A stretch of DNA of 64,000 nucleotides from Vicugna vicugna (GCA_013265495.1 MU057560.1:248001-312000); one strand, 5' to 3'. Positions 51,591 through 64,000 are shown, counted from the first letter of the stretch. Made by a program: numbers and translations. The notes: generated by a model not told the origin, from the sequence alone.

Positions 51591-52151
51591 AAACCAGCCT
51601 GAGGCAACTCAATCATATCTTGGTCATTCTTTCTTTTCTGGTAATATTTCAAGCACTTTTTTCATTTAAGCACAGATACCAATCAGACTTCTGTTGTGTG
51701 CTGAGTATTGTGTTTCCTTGGGAAAAACACGGTGAGTAATCCGGATTCGATCTCTTTCTCCATGAAGTTTCGAAGAATTAAAGAATCTAATTAACTGAAT
51801 TAGACTTCCTTACTATTATTCTTATTATTTTAAAAGTGAAGTTAGAACTGGTTGGTTTGGGCTCTGTCCCTTTAAGAGAACCCCAGGAGCCCATCGCCCT
51901 CCTGGCGAGGAGAACGGTGCCTCCCTTCCCAGCGAGATTGTTTTCCCCAAAGCATTCAACCCCCCCCCCCCACCCCCGTGTAAAATGTCCAGACCTTGTC
52001 TTCTGCATCTCAGCCCTGCTTTACGAGCGGTGGGATTTCTGTTTCGCTGCTGGGTTTGCCAGCTCTCTGGGATTTGCTAGGATTCTCCTTAAATGTTCAG
52101 CCGGCGGTGTTCCGGGGACCCCCGGGAGGACTGACTGCGTGCAAAGCCCAC

Positions 52152-52182
52152 CTGCCACCTAGTGGCTGGAGCAGGAACTTCA
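52152..52182 (-). promoter_or_regulatory. Predicted CTCF binding site (core plus upstream motif)
   Basis: Minus strand TGAAGTTCC-TGCTCCAG-CCACTAGGTGGCAG; the core matches CCASYAGRKGGCRS at every position. Confidence 0.7.
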
Positions 52183-52759
52183 CCTTCCTGGAATTCTGGG
52201 GCGTGGGGTAGCCACCAGGGATTTGACTTAAATTAAATTAGTTTAACTTGTTTTTAAATGTATTCTATTCTATTTGCTCTCATTCGTCCTCGATGAGGAA
52301 GTGACTCCACCAATCTTCTGAGCCTTTAGAAAGCCTCAGAGTCTAGGTTAGCTTTGGTCTATTGAGGAAGCTCCGTCCAAGAGCATCTTTCTCACTTGCC
52401 TGATTCCGAGTTTTATACCCACTACCTACCCACTACAGAACTAACTGCAAGCTTCCCTGACAGTCCCTTGGAAAAAGTAAATTCACCTTTATGACAAAAA
52501 TAGATTCTTGTGGTTTGGTTTAAAAATGGAGCCCTTTGGAAAACTTAAAACAAAAATTGAAAATTCTTTAAAAGAAACATCCCAGTCTTCACTTTGGAAT
52601 TCATCTGATGAAATGAATGACAACTACCACTATTTAGAGATTGTTTTTTTTTTCCAGTTTATTTGTATCCTCCTTTCTCTAAATCAGTGGTGTTCAAAGT
52701 CGACTATATATTGGAACTACCTTGGTAATTCTGATGGGTTGCCGAGTTAAAAGCCTCTG

Positions 52760-52840
52760 GATAGCACAGGGAACTATATTCAATATCTTGCAGTAACCTT
52801 TAATTACAAAGAATATGAAAACAAACAAACAAACAAAAAA
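52760..52840 (+). mobile_element. Short L1 3' UTR fragment
   Basis: ATAGCACAGGGAACTATATTCAATATCTTGCAGTAACCTTTAAT plus A-rich tail. Confidence 0.75.
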
Positions 52841-53771
52841 ACGAAACACTGTGAGCCTAACTCAGAATGCCAAACAAAAAGTATTATTTTTAAATCCTAC
52901 ACTGAAAGGTGATATTGATCAGTTTGACGTGCCTTTGTTTGAGAGAAGGCTATTAAGTAGAACAATTTGGAACAACAAGATTCAAAGAAGGATTATTAAC
53001 CTAAAGTAATTAACTCATGGTTAACTATTAAATAGATCTTTACAGCCACTGACCACAGCACTGCAGATTCAAAGAGTTCACACTAGCACTTTTGTGTTTC
53101 TGGAAATTTGTGGGAGAAGAAAACCAAAGTATATGTTGGGAGATACTTCTAGCTTTACCCAGATCCTCACTGAAACAGGTCTGATGTTTGCTGGTAGAAA
53201 TAAAAGAAGAAATGGGGGCAGAGTAGGTAGTGACACTTAGGGTCTTGAAAGGTGTACACAGACTTCTGTTTCTGGGAGAATGTGGCACTTTTACAAGGTC
53301 TCCCAGCTTTGTACACATAAAATGATTTACAGCACTGTTGGGACTTACAGATATTCAGTTCTCTGTTTTGTTGCATTTTTTTCAGTGAACAAACAATATT
53401 TTAAAAATAGGCACTTATTTTTAACACTGTTTATAGCAATGAATAAAACATTGCATGTATTGATAAGCTAGGTCACACTTCCCTCTGCAAGATGTCCAGG
53501 GAGTAAAGATAATGCATGTGATTCCCCAAAATTCAGTCATAATTATAAATGGTGCATGTGTTTATATGTTCACGTTTTTAAAAAAGAGGACTTTATAAGA
53601 TTTGTAATATTAAATGCATGCAAAATAGGAAACAAGTATTGAAACTGAAGAATTTATACAGTTGAAAGGGGGAACAAAGTGATGGTCTCAGACCAAATAT
53701 TAGGTAAGTATATGATATATGTAAGCTAATATAAATCAATTAACCAAAAATACAAATTTATTTTTTATAGT

Positions 53772-54390
53772 CCTACCAAATGATCTAGCAATCCTACTCC
53801 TGGGCACATATTCAGAGGAAACTCTAACTCAAAAAGGCACATGCACCCCAGTGTTCATAGCAGCATTATATACAATAGTCAAGACATGGAAGCAACCTAA
53901 GTGTCCATCAACAGATGACTAGATAAACAAGCTGTGATATATTTATACTATGGAATACTACTCAGCCATAAAAAAGAACAAAATAATGCCATTTGCAGCA
54001 ACATGTATAGACCTGGAGGTTGTCTTACTAAGTGAAGTAAGTCAGAAAGAGAAAGACACATCATATGATATCACTTACATGTGGAATTTGAAACAGTGAT
54101 ACAAATAAACTTATTTATAAAACAGAAACAGACTCACTTATGGTTACTGGGGGGAGAAAGGAGGGGAAGGATAAATTGGGAGTTCAGGATTTGCAGATAC
54201 ACACTACTATATATAAAACAGATAAACAACAAGTTCCTACTGTACAGCACAGGGAGCTATATTCACTATCTTGTAATAACTCATAATGAAAAAGAATATG
54301 AAAAGAAATGAATCACTGTGCTGTACACCAGAAACTAACACAACACAGTAAATCAACTATACTTCAATAAAAAATTTTTAAGTGAAAAAA
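53772..54390 (+). mobile_element. Camelid/cetartiodactyl L1 (ORF2 end and 3' UTR, 5'-truncated)
   Basis: CTACCAAATGATCTAGCAATCCTACTCCTGGG...GCCATTTGCAGCAACATG...ATCAACTATACTTCAATAAAAA. Confidence 0.92.
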
Positions 54391-54879
54391 AGTACATTTT
54401 AAACAATGCTTCAAAAAATAAAAATATGTAGCTTTTCTTAAAACTGATGCAATATATCCACAACTGTCTTTGCTAAATTTTTCTTTGAAACCCCAGAAAT
54501 ACAGTCATTTTTTTCCATAGGATGTAGCATTTTGAAGATTGTTGATGGCTTATAACAGGGCAGTGGGTAAACAGGAAAGGATTCCAGCACTGCCCAGACC
54601 ACTCTGGGGTACCGTGGGTCTACCAGTTTTTCCCCAGAGATAAAACTAGCTGGATACTTCCCCCTTGGTTACCTGTGAAGAGAAGGTCATTTTTTAAAAA
54701 TGTATTTTTCAGGGAAGCATACAGTAGAACTAGATTTTAGATTTCATTTATCTTTCTGAGAACAGACAAATGGTCAAGGAAAAAACAAAACAAAACAAAA
54801 CATAGATCTAAGGCTAAAACCTGCACTTTTTCTGTTCCTAGTTCTTGTGAAAGAAGAAAGAATAGAGAGATGGATAGAA

Positions 54880-55095
54880 ACCTAAATTTACGGAGCACCT
54901 GAAATATTCTAGACTCTGGGCTAAGCTCCTTACATTCACTATTTTATTTTATGCCCACACATGGAAAACATTTTCTCATCTCTGTCTCAGATCAGGGGAT
55001 TGAGTCTCAGAGAGGTTAAATAATTTGCAAAATGCCATGCAGAGTATAGCAGACTTTTGTTTGATCTGTAACTCAAGTTCACGGTGTCTTCTCTT
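54880..55095 (-). mobile_element. MIR SINE
   Basis: TGAGTCTCAGAGAGGTTAAATAATTTGCAAAATGCCATGCAG is the antisense MIR core. Confidence 0.7.
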
Positions 55096-55285
55096 TGCTG
55101 AGCTTGAAAATGGGAGAAGAGCAGAACCAGACCTTGAAAAAGTCCCCCCTCCAGGCCTCTGCTTGTCTTAAATATTGATGGGCTCCTAGCCCCTCCAAGC
55201 TGGATGTGTGACTCCCATCTCTCCGAGGGGGTCCACACCTCATGGGAGTCTAGTTCCCTGGGATATGAACTCATTATCATTTCAT

Positions 55286-56122
55286 CTTTTTTTTAATTGA
55301 AGTATAGCCAGTTTATGATGTATCAGTTTCTGGTGTACAACATCATGTTTCAGCATATATATACATACATACATTCATTTTCATATGCATTTTTATTATT
55401 GGTTACTACAAGATATTGAATATAGTTTCCTGGGCTGTAGAGAAGAAACTGTTGTATATCTATTTTATATATAGTGGTTAGTATTTGCAAATCAAACTCC
55501 CAATTTATCCCCTCCCACCCGTTTCCCTGCTGGTAACCCTAAGTTTATTTTCTGTGTCTGTGAGTCTGTTTCTGTTTTATAAATGAGTTCACTTGTATAA
55601 CTGTTTTAGATTCCACATAGAAGTGATATCATATGCTATTTGTCTTTCTCTTTCTGGCTTACTTCACTTAGAATGACCTCCGGGTCCACCCATGTTGCTA
55701 CAAATGGCACTATTTCATTCTTTTTTATGGCTGAGTAGTATTCCATTGTATAAATATACCATGACTTCTTTATCTAATCATCTGTCAATGGAAACTTAGG
55801 TTGCTTCCATGTCTTGGCCATAGTAAACAGTGCTGCTGTGAACACTGGGGTGCATGTTCGAATTAGAGTTCCCTCCAGATATATACCAAGTCTATTTTTA
55901 GTTTTTTGAGGAATCTCCAGACTGCACCAAACTACATTCCCACCAGCAGTATAGGAGGGTTCCCTTTTCTCCACACTCTCTCTAGCATTTATCATTTGTG
56001 GACTTTTTAATGATGGCCATTCTGACTGGTGTGAGGTGATACCTCACTGTAGTTTCAATTTGCATTTCTCTGGTAACTAGTGATATTGAGCATTTTTTCA
56101 TGTGCCTATTGGCCATTTGTAC
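55286..56122 (-). mobile_element. Camelid L1 (ORF2 C-terminus and 3' UTR, truncated)
   Basis: TTAATTGAAGTATAGCCAG...GATGGCCATTCTGACTGGTGTGAGGTGATACCTCAC; ORF 55774-55995 (EKREPSYTAGGNV...TWKQPK) is the decayed ORF2 C-terminus. Confidence 0.93.
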
Positions 56123-56839
56123 ATAGTTTCTTCTTCATCCTCAATTCTCTAGATCCTCAGAGCATGGCCAGGTTAGGCACACCTCAGCAGGCAATGCACA
56201 CAGCCTGAAGGTTGGTTGTCAACTTCCTTCTTTTTCAGGATAGACATATTTTACTGTAAACCTGTACGTGTCATGATTGCTCCAGTCTGTGAGAAGCTGA
56301 CAGTCATGGCAAGTGAGCTCTCCTGCCACTCGAACGTCTCCTCCCCCCAGTCTCACGTTGCACTGAAGGAGAGCAAGTGGAAGAAGTTATAGACAGTGAC
56401 CTTCCTATTCACATTGTAGATACTAGTGTTTTCCCGCCAAAGCTAGCACAAGTGTAACCTCTATCAGGAAGTTCCGCCTTGCATGTCCCGTGGGATTTAG
56501 ACCCTCATCAGGTAGGATGCCACGTCTCTGACGAATTTAACCAACCCCTAGAGGAGTCACTGGTGTCCTTGTCTGTTTCTCCCAGTCTGGAAGCATCTGT
56601 GAGAGCTTTCCTATTGCCTGGAAAATCCTGGCACATTGGAAACATTCAACAAAATGCTTGTTGAAATGAATGTCAAATTAAGGATCGCCTGGAGTTTTAT
56701 TGGATTTGTCACAATAAAGGCCAAACTTAATAAGATAATTCTAAAGATATTTTTGGAATATTTTCCACTTTCCCAGATTTTTAGTGTTGTGTTACTATGG
56801 AACTTGCTTCCCCATAATGCTAAACAATCCACGCATACT

Positions 56840-57042
56840 GGGATGTGCAGATATACACTACTGTACATAAAATAGATAAACAACAAGCCCTGCTATGTAG
56901 CACAGGGAACTATATTCAATATCCTGTAACAGCCTATAGTGAAAATGAATACGAAAAGGAATATATACGTGTTTAACTGAATCGCTGTGCTGTACACCAG
57001 AAACTAACATGACATTGTAAGCTGACTATACGCCAGTTAAAA
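56840..57042 (+). mobile_element. 5'-truncated L1 3' end with target-site duplication
   Basis: TGCAGATATACACTACTGTACATAAAATAGATAAACAACAAG...; TSD AATCCACGCATACT (56826-56839) and AATACATGCATATT (57043-57056). Confidence 0.88.
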
Positions 57043-57939
57043 AATACATGCATATTCATTTGACTTCAAGTGCTGGGTTATTTAGCTTTCCATTGGCAGA
57101 AGCTACAAGATTAGGGTTGAGAAATGAGTTTGGCAAATGGAGTCCTAGAGCCGTCGACGTCGGAGAGTCAGCCCAGGTGGTGTTGTGCCCTTGGACGTAA
57201 AGGTTTGGTTGCTGGCACTCAGGCTGACTCCATCCGTGATGGCTGTTAGGGAGAGAGTCTGTGATGAGCGCTTACTTTGTCCAAGCTCTTGAACTTGATA
57301 AATGTGGGTAAGAAGGCGGCTGATCAAAGAGTGTTGAACAATAGACATTGTTATTTAAAATTGTAATTATTTGACACATTGTGATAAGACTTGGCCACTG
57401 CTTAAATGAAAAAAAAAAACCCACATAGCAATCAAGTAATCACAATCAAAAGGTTTGTATAGCAGATTTATTTAAATTCCTGATTTTCTTAAAACTCTAC
57501 TGGAATTAGATATAAAGAAGAGTCAGAGCATTTAATATTGATGTTGAGTTAATAGAGAGTTAAAATTCATTTTTTCTCCAGTTGCACTATCTGCCTAAAA
57601 TGCCCTTTACAAGATCATTTTTGTACATGAAATTTTGCACCTCATTACTCCTAATTACATCCTTTAAAAGGCATCCTTTGAAAATGCCGAGTGAACAATG
57701 TGGGATAAAAAATACTTATCTTTCTTCTGTTCTTGTTAATTGTTGAGTCTTATTCTTACCTGCGACTTCAGCATTTATCTCTTTCTATCCCAAGTAAAAT
57801 GCTTTTTCATCCCCTAAACTCAGAGACTTTTCTTTTGAGGAACAGGGAGAGAAACTTACCATTTTAATGAATCCAGAAGCAGCAGCTTCCTTTCCATCCC
57901 TCGCCACTGTCTTCCTATCTTGCTAATATCGTGTAACAC

Positions 57940-58120
57940 AGTCTGCTTAGCTCTTAATGATGCAGTACTGGCTTTGGCTGCAAGACTATAAACTTTGCGA
58001 GGACAGGAGCAATGTCCTAAGATAGGAGCAATATCTTACTGATTTCTTGAATCCTTATCATAGCTGAATTGGTGCCGTGAGAAAAAGATGCATCAGACAC
58101 TTTTTTGTTGAATAGAATGA
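57940..58120 (+). mobile_element. L2 LINE 3' end
   Basis: AGACTATAAACTTTGCGAGGACAGG...TTTGTTGAATAGAATGA. Confidence 0.55.
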
Positions 58121-58721
58121 CCATAGTTTTGCTGTCTTAAAAGGCATCTCACATTATCATGAATATTTCCAAACATTAGAAATTCTCTCTCTATTGTGGG
58201 ATTGTTTCTGCTTTTATCTTCCACCAGGTCCCTCACTGCGTGAACCTACTTGCAGTGTGTCCAGCCATCCTCCCATGTCCGTCTAACAGATTCTTGAAGA
58301 TATCATATTTCACATCTGAATATTTTTCGATACCCTTATCCTCACCACCAGTTTGTTCCTATCTTGATTTAGAATTGAACAGTCCCAGTTGCTCTTTTGG
58401 GGGCTGCCCTTGTGTACTGCTGTTAAATACGTATGAATAAGTGGAGATCAAAGTCAGATGTAGCCTCCTGAGATGCTGAGCTGGAATCAGTAGACCCATC
58501 ATTGCTCGTGCTCTAGTACAGGTTTTCTGCTAACTGCTAGTAATGGTATCCACACGTATGTGGCTACTTTTAAAATCACATATTCATGTTAAATAAAATT
58601 TATTTTCCTTTTACTAGAAATTCAAGCTTTTCTTGACTTAAGTCATCACGATTTGATTCTTGTAATTTTTGAAGGAGGACCTAAATGTGCGATTTTGTAT
58701 CTCTCCCTAATACAGGTGAAC

Positions 58722-58741
58722 AGAGAGAGAGAGAGAGAGAG
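58722..58741. repeat. (AG)10 microsatellite
   Basis: Directly visible. Confidence 0.9.
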
Positions 58742-58744
58742 CTA

Positions 58745-58920
58745 ATAATTCTTTTTGGGGGACACTTATTTTGCATCAAGTACTTCACATACATTATCTA
58801 TTCCCACAATCACCTCTGTTCTTATTATGAAATGAGGAGATAAGGGTCCTGAGGGTTAGGAAGATAAAACCAGCAGTTTGCCTCTGAATCCTGGACCACA
58901 ACAATTTTTCCCCATCACCA
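58745..58920 (-). mobile_element. MIR SINE (degenerate)
   Basis: ACTTCACATACATTATCT...AAATGAGGAGATAAGGGTCCTGAGGGTTAGG. Confidence 0.5.
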
Positions 58921-60797
58921 CTCTGCTTGATAAGATGTTTTTTGAGTCAACATATGTGTTTGCCTTTTCTCTGCTGTTGCATAAACGTCGAGATACCAGG
59001 AAGACGGCTGGTTGAATGAGGTACATTTGGGAATGCTCACAGAACTATGGGGCCATGTGCTGAGGGAGGGGCTCCTCCTCTCATCTCCAGTGAAGTTAGA
59101 GGGTCCTCTGGTGACACTCTCTTTCCTTCCTGAATCTATTGCAGCAATTGGAATATTTTTAAGAAGAGAAGTCTAAGCTGAGATCTACCTCTCCGTGGGA
59201 GCAGCTGTGGAAAGATGGGGCTCTGGATCTTCTCTCAAAGCAGAGCATCTGGCAGGTGCCTTCTCTGTTCGAAGGCAGGAGAGTCCTGTGCTAATGTCCC
59301 GGGATGTTCCTTCCTGGCTGGAAAGTGTCCTGTACAGGCCGTCTTGACAAGAGGGTTCATTTATGTATCTCCACAGTTTTGGAGAAGTTTTGAGGGTTTT
59401 CCCATTTCTTGGTAATTTGCAGAGTATTCAATAAAACCCATTGGAAAATATACCTATAGAAAGGGTTGGATTACCTCTATTGAGAAGCTGATTGGAAAAA
59501 AGAAAAGGAGGATTTACTATTAACATGATGCTGGATAAGAATAAAGGGCATAGCTTAATGGTCAGACCGTGTGGGTGGGACGACCAGCTTCCCTCTACCC
59601 TGTCGGTGTTTTGCTCCCAAGAGACTGAGATGTCTCAGACACCCTGTCAAAGATCCCAAGAGCTCCAGAGCTAAGTTGTAAATGTCCCCGTGCCTCCTGT
59701 CTTTCAGATCCCTCATAGAGAACTGCACCTGCCTTGTTACGTTGGTTCTGACATGACCTCATCTTTTCTCAGTAATAACACTAAACAGAGTCCCTTTGAG
59801 TCACAGCTTCTCTATGAAACATGGAGGTCACACAAGCACACCGCCCACAACTGGCTCCTTTACCGCTCTATTCATGGCCGAAGTTCTGTTCTCTGAGTGT
59901 GTGTGCATCTGGTAATGAAAAAGAAAGGTCAGGGAAGGAATGACCACTGGGCCATGATATATAATGTATGCAAAGCTCTGAAGAAAGCCCTGAGGGTCAG
60001 GCTGGAGGAACCTATATAGTGATCCTAACCTGTATGTTACTCTGTCCTGTAGGAGGGAACCAGGCTGCCTCCAGAGCAACATGGCGAGAAGTCACCAAGT
60101 CGTGGTTATGAACTCACACGACTCCTCCGGAACACGTGGTGAGGATATTTGAAGCGTTCTCAAACACCTGGAGGTGTTCAATTCCTCATTTCTTGCGCGT
60201 GCGATTTATTAACAGTTCTGCTAATGCAGATAGAATGCAACCCCGAATTACAGCAGCGGGCGGGGCTGAATGCAGCACGGAGTGTGCTATTCCGGCTACA
60301 GGCTGCCTGCAACCCAGCTGATCATTTTTGAACCATCAGCTCCATCTTTATGTTAAATTAACAATTTAACAGCTGCTTTCATCAAAGTTCTTTTGTGTCT
60401 ATCAACTTGATACTGTCAGTTTTTTTCCTTAAATGCAATTTCCAAGATCATTTCTGTATATCTTTAGTCTCAGATTACTGATTTGCATGGTTGCTCAATT
60501 TATATACAAACGTTCAGGCATTTATACACCATCTAGGGAGCAGGAAACCCCCTCCACGGCTCTAGAGAACAATTTAATCCATCTTACCACTCGCTTACTT
60601 CAATTTCTACTTCATTAAGGACAGGTGATGAATAAATGCAGTAAAACATGACCGAGCAGAGGTACATTGGTTCCCAAATAAGAAACAGTCTAAAGCAAAA
60701 GAATGACTAAAGGTTCTGTTTTCACAAAATTCTAATAAGTGGGGACGCTGGAAAATGAGGCAGACTTGTCATAGAAGGCAGGGCTTTTCCCACCCTT

Positions 60798-61176
60798 AAT
60801 GCTGGTCTGTCCAGGTGGCTATACCACCAACTGGGCGGCTGACACAGGAGACGTTGATTTCTCACAGTCCTGGAGGCTGGGTGGCCCGAGGACGCAGTAC
60901 CAGCTGATTCGGTTCCTGAGGAGGGCTCTCCATCTGGCTTGCAGACGGCCACCTTCGGGTATGTCCTCGCACGGCCCTTCCTTGCTGTTTGCACACATGC
61001 GCGCGCACTCTGGCATCCCTTCTTCTAAGAACAGCAACCCCAGCAGCAGGGTCCCAACCTCAGCATCTCTCCTGCACCTAGTTATTTCTCTAAGTCTCCA
61101 TCTGCAAGCACCATCACCCTGGGCTGAGGACTTCACATGTGAGTTTTGGACAAAGGGCACCATTCCGACCACGGCA
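60798..61176 (-). mobile_element. MLT1 (MaLR) solo LTR
   Basis: ATTTCTCACAGTCCTGGAGGCTGG, GAGGGCTCTCCATCTGGCTTGCAGACGGCCACCTTC, CCATCACCCTGGG...CTTCACATGTGAGTTTTGG. Confidence 0.85.
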
Positions 61177-62834
61177 CCTTCCACAGCTCACAAAATATTT
61201 TAACTTTAGATGTAATTTATTTTACAATTGTCATCATATGCCTGAGCTCTGAGACTTAGTGATACAGCCTCAAGGCGCTGAATCCAAAAGAAAGCATTAC
61301 CATGACAATGCACCTAGATTTTCAGGGAAAATCTGTGGAATGCTTTGACAGAAGTCACTGGAATCTGATAGAAGCTGCTCCGTCGGCCTCAGAACCCAGG
61401 TTCTCCTGATCTGAGTGGCCTTCTTGAGGACTCAGTATAATTCTCTCCTGCAAGTTGAGTTGAGAAGGAAGAGAACCTATTGTTCGCCTCTGTGATGAGT
61501 GTCACTCTAGCCCCTTTCAGCAGTCCCCAAAACAGCGGCTGCTCAAGTCTGACCGTTGCTGGAAGCTGTGGGACCAGATCCTGCAGGAAGCGCTGGGGAG
61601 GGTGGAAGGGAAGGAGAATTCCCGGCAGAGTTCATGAGGGGTAACTGGAGTCAAGGGGCAGAGAGCAGGGCACCAAATGCTGACGTCAAGTCTGGAGGAT
61701 CAGGGCTGACTTGGGTGGGGCGACAGAATCACAGATCTGGGTAAGTGGGGCAACGTCGCAGTGAGAACTGGTCCAAGACCCCAACAGCGCTTAGACAGCC
61801 GCAGCTTGACTTAGCACTGCTGGGCTCCAGACGGAGAGAAACGTGTGCATCTGGACTAAAGGGGCAGAGGCAGAGTGGACTCTACAGCCCCCAGAGGGGT
61901 AAGGCAGCACGCGTCCTGGCCGCCGCGACACGGTGGCTCCGGAAGCCTCTGCTGCTGAGGTTCAGCATACGACCCGAGCTGGCTTCATCTCCGCCTCCCG
62001 CAGCGTTGAAAGCTCGTCCTCCTCTCCTTCCTCTGGTTCCCCACACAGTACATGCTGGTGAACGATAAAGATTCGAGGTGTGCTCTGCCTTCCTGCACAG
62101 TCACGTACACCGTGAACCTCACTAAAAGAGGGGGCTTCTTATCTTACTCTCAAGCTCTCGTATCAAGGATCTAATGAGCTCTAGGTCCTTTCTGTAGAAG
62201 AGGTTTTGATTTGATGAGGGAAGTAAGCTAATCTGACTTAGCTCCAGGCTCCTAAGGGAGGGGCACTGAACGGAAAGGGGTGCACAGGTGGTCCCCAAAA
62301 TTAAAAACAAATGATGCAAAGACAGCGGAAGCTGATGAAAGATCTTTGTGATTGTCCAGGTTTTGGCAAGTTTCAAATGACATTTTATTAGCAATCCAGC
62401 CTCCTCCGACTCTTGTTTTGGGAGATTTTGTTTGGTGATGATAACGAGCTTTGCCAAAATTTTGGCATCAACCTACTATCACAAGTACTCCTATCAAAAT
62501 AATTAGAATAAAGAAGAATTGAGGGCACATGAAATTAACAAGCAATGTGGAGAAAAGGCAATTTCTGAGCAGTGCTGCAGATTCTATGCAGATCTCCAGG
62601 GTTGGATGAACCAGGCACCCTGGCCTGACAGTGACCAATGTAGGGTGTTTCTCTTCCAATAGGTTAGTGGGTACCAGTGTGCTCCCCCTCTGAGATAGCT
62701 GCCAAATTGTGACGAGGAAAGGATGGATCACTGCTACTGAGTTTCAGAAACAAGCCTGCTTGGAAGTCCTGGTGGTTAAGAGGGGTCAGTTGATTCCGAG
62801 AGTCTGAGATAAGCCATTTCTCTAATTTGTCCAC

Positions 62835-62995
62835 CTTTTAGGAGCCAAAGGTCACCAGCTACCGACCAGCCACATCGGAACCATTGGGTTTCCATCCCAG
62901 ACCCACTGAATAAGCATCACCAGGACGGACCTGGGAATGTGTATTTTACCAGGATAACCAGGAGGGTCTAGTGCACTCCCAGGTTTAGAGAAAAC
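62835..62995. mobile_element. MER5-like hAT-Charlie MITE
   Basis: CCATCCCAGACCCACTGAAT...CCTGGGAATGTGTATTTTACCAG...AGGTTTAGAGAAAACCA. Confidence 0.55.
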
Positions 62996-63024
62996 CATTC
63001 TAGAACCTTCCTTGAAAATTTCAG

Positions 63025-63200
63025 AGCTATGATTCTCGAACTTTGCTTCATATCAGAATTATCTGAGGAGTTTTTAAAGAGCCTGATCCCCAGCCTACAC
63101 TCTGTACCAATTAAATGTGAATTTAAGAGGTTGGGATCAAGGAGTCACTGTCTTTACCTCCTAGCAGGTGTTTCCAACGTGCAGCAAGCGTGAGAACCAC
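63025..63200. mobile_element. MER5-like hAT-Charlie MITE
   Basis: GATTCTCGAACTTTGCTTCATATCAGAATTATCTGAGGAGTTTTTAAA...CCAATTAAAT...GCAGCAAGCGTGAGAACCAC. Confidence 0.6.
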
Positions 63201-64000
63201 CTTTCACCTGGAGTGAAATGCGCAAGGGAAGGGTCCTTCCTGGCTGCACTTCGAGGAGCTGGGGTAAGGAGGGTGACATCACAGCTCTGCCTGGCAGGGA
63301 CGTCCCTGGGGATGGCTTTGCAACAGCAAGTCTTGTTCATGCCAATCAAACTGGCAAAAGACCACCTTGCACCAAATGGAAATTATTAATCTGTGAAGAA
63401 TATTGGCGAAGCAGCAGGGAATGCTTTGAAGTGTGGCAGACTCAGGGTCTCAAGATCTGGGTCTGTTTGTCACCGGAAATAGTCCTCAGCAAGTCATTGG
63501 ATTACTCTGACCTGCAGGTTTCTCACCTGTGAGGCGGACGTGGCAGTCCTCGCCGCGTGCTTACTCGTGTGTCCTATCAAAGGAGCTGACGTCTTCAGAT
63601 GTGAGCAGAGCGCTTTGGACTGGAATCGAGAGAGCTGTTTGGAATCCCCGCTTAAATCTGGAGTCAAGTCTTCACTGATTAACATTTATGATTTTTCTTA
63701 CTTGCTTCTGTTATTAAACACTTTCACAGCCCTGTGTAAGGCTGGTGCTGCTAAATGTGCTGCTCTTTTGTCTTAGAATGATTTTGCATCGCGTGTTCAT
63801 GCCTGGCCCACAGACGCTGCGGTGTGGATGCTTAGCCACTGCTGCCGGGTAGGACGGAAGATGAGGAGGACCTTTGTTGCCTGTGTTTCTGATAAAGTCC
63901 AGACCCATCTGGAAGCCATTTGGAGTTCATGGGCAAATCAAATAGGTCATAAAATACTAAGAACTCAAGAGAAGAAAAAGAAAATGACCAAGGTTGAATT

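Noticed and set aside
58002..58039. Imperfect 19-bp tandem duplication
   Set aside because: A small slippage event inside a decayed L2; no sign of function.
1..64000. CRISPR arrays, operons, phage or defence systems, intact retroviral or transposase genes
   Set aside because: This is mammalian non-coding DNA; no repeat-spacer arrays or intact long ORFs were seen.

Overview
Mammalian genomic DNA, most likely camelid (alpaca or camel): it carries five copies of a tRNA-derived SINE matching the camelid Vic-1 family plus several cetartiodactyl-type L1 3' ends. I find no credible protein-coding gene, RNA gene or processed pseudogene; the ORF track is short chance ORFs, repeat-derived ORFs and ORFs that run through N-gaps. 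The window looks intergenic or deep intronic and is a mosaic of interspersed repeats (Vic-1, MIR, L1, L2, MLT1 and MER21 LTRs, Tigger1, MER3/MER5/MER63) and microsatellites. The main non-repeat signals are: (1) a 3.18-kb near-identical tandem pair (35304-38486 and 38820-42000), each copy ending at the same base before an N-gap, probably an uncollapsed heterozygous haplotype rather than a real duplication; (2) a CpG island at about 14.45-15.25 kb next to a (GGAA)17 tract; (3) a strong CTCF motif with a correctly spaced upstream element at about 52.15 kb; (4) a few repeat-free, motif-dense blocks that may be enhancers. I found no novel multi-gene system. Repeat names come from recalled consensus sequences, boundaries are approximate, and both need RepeatMasker/Dfam confirmation.
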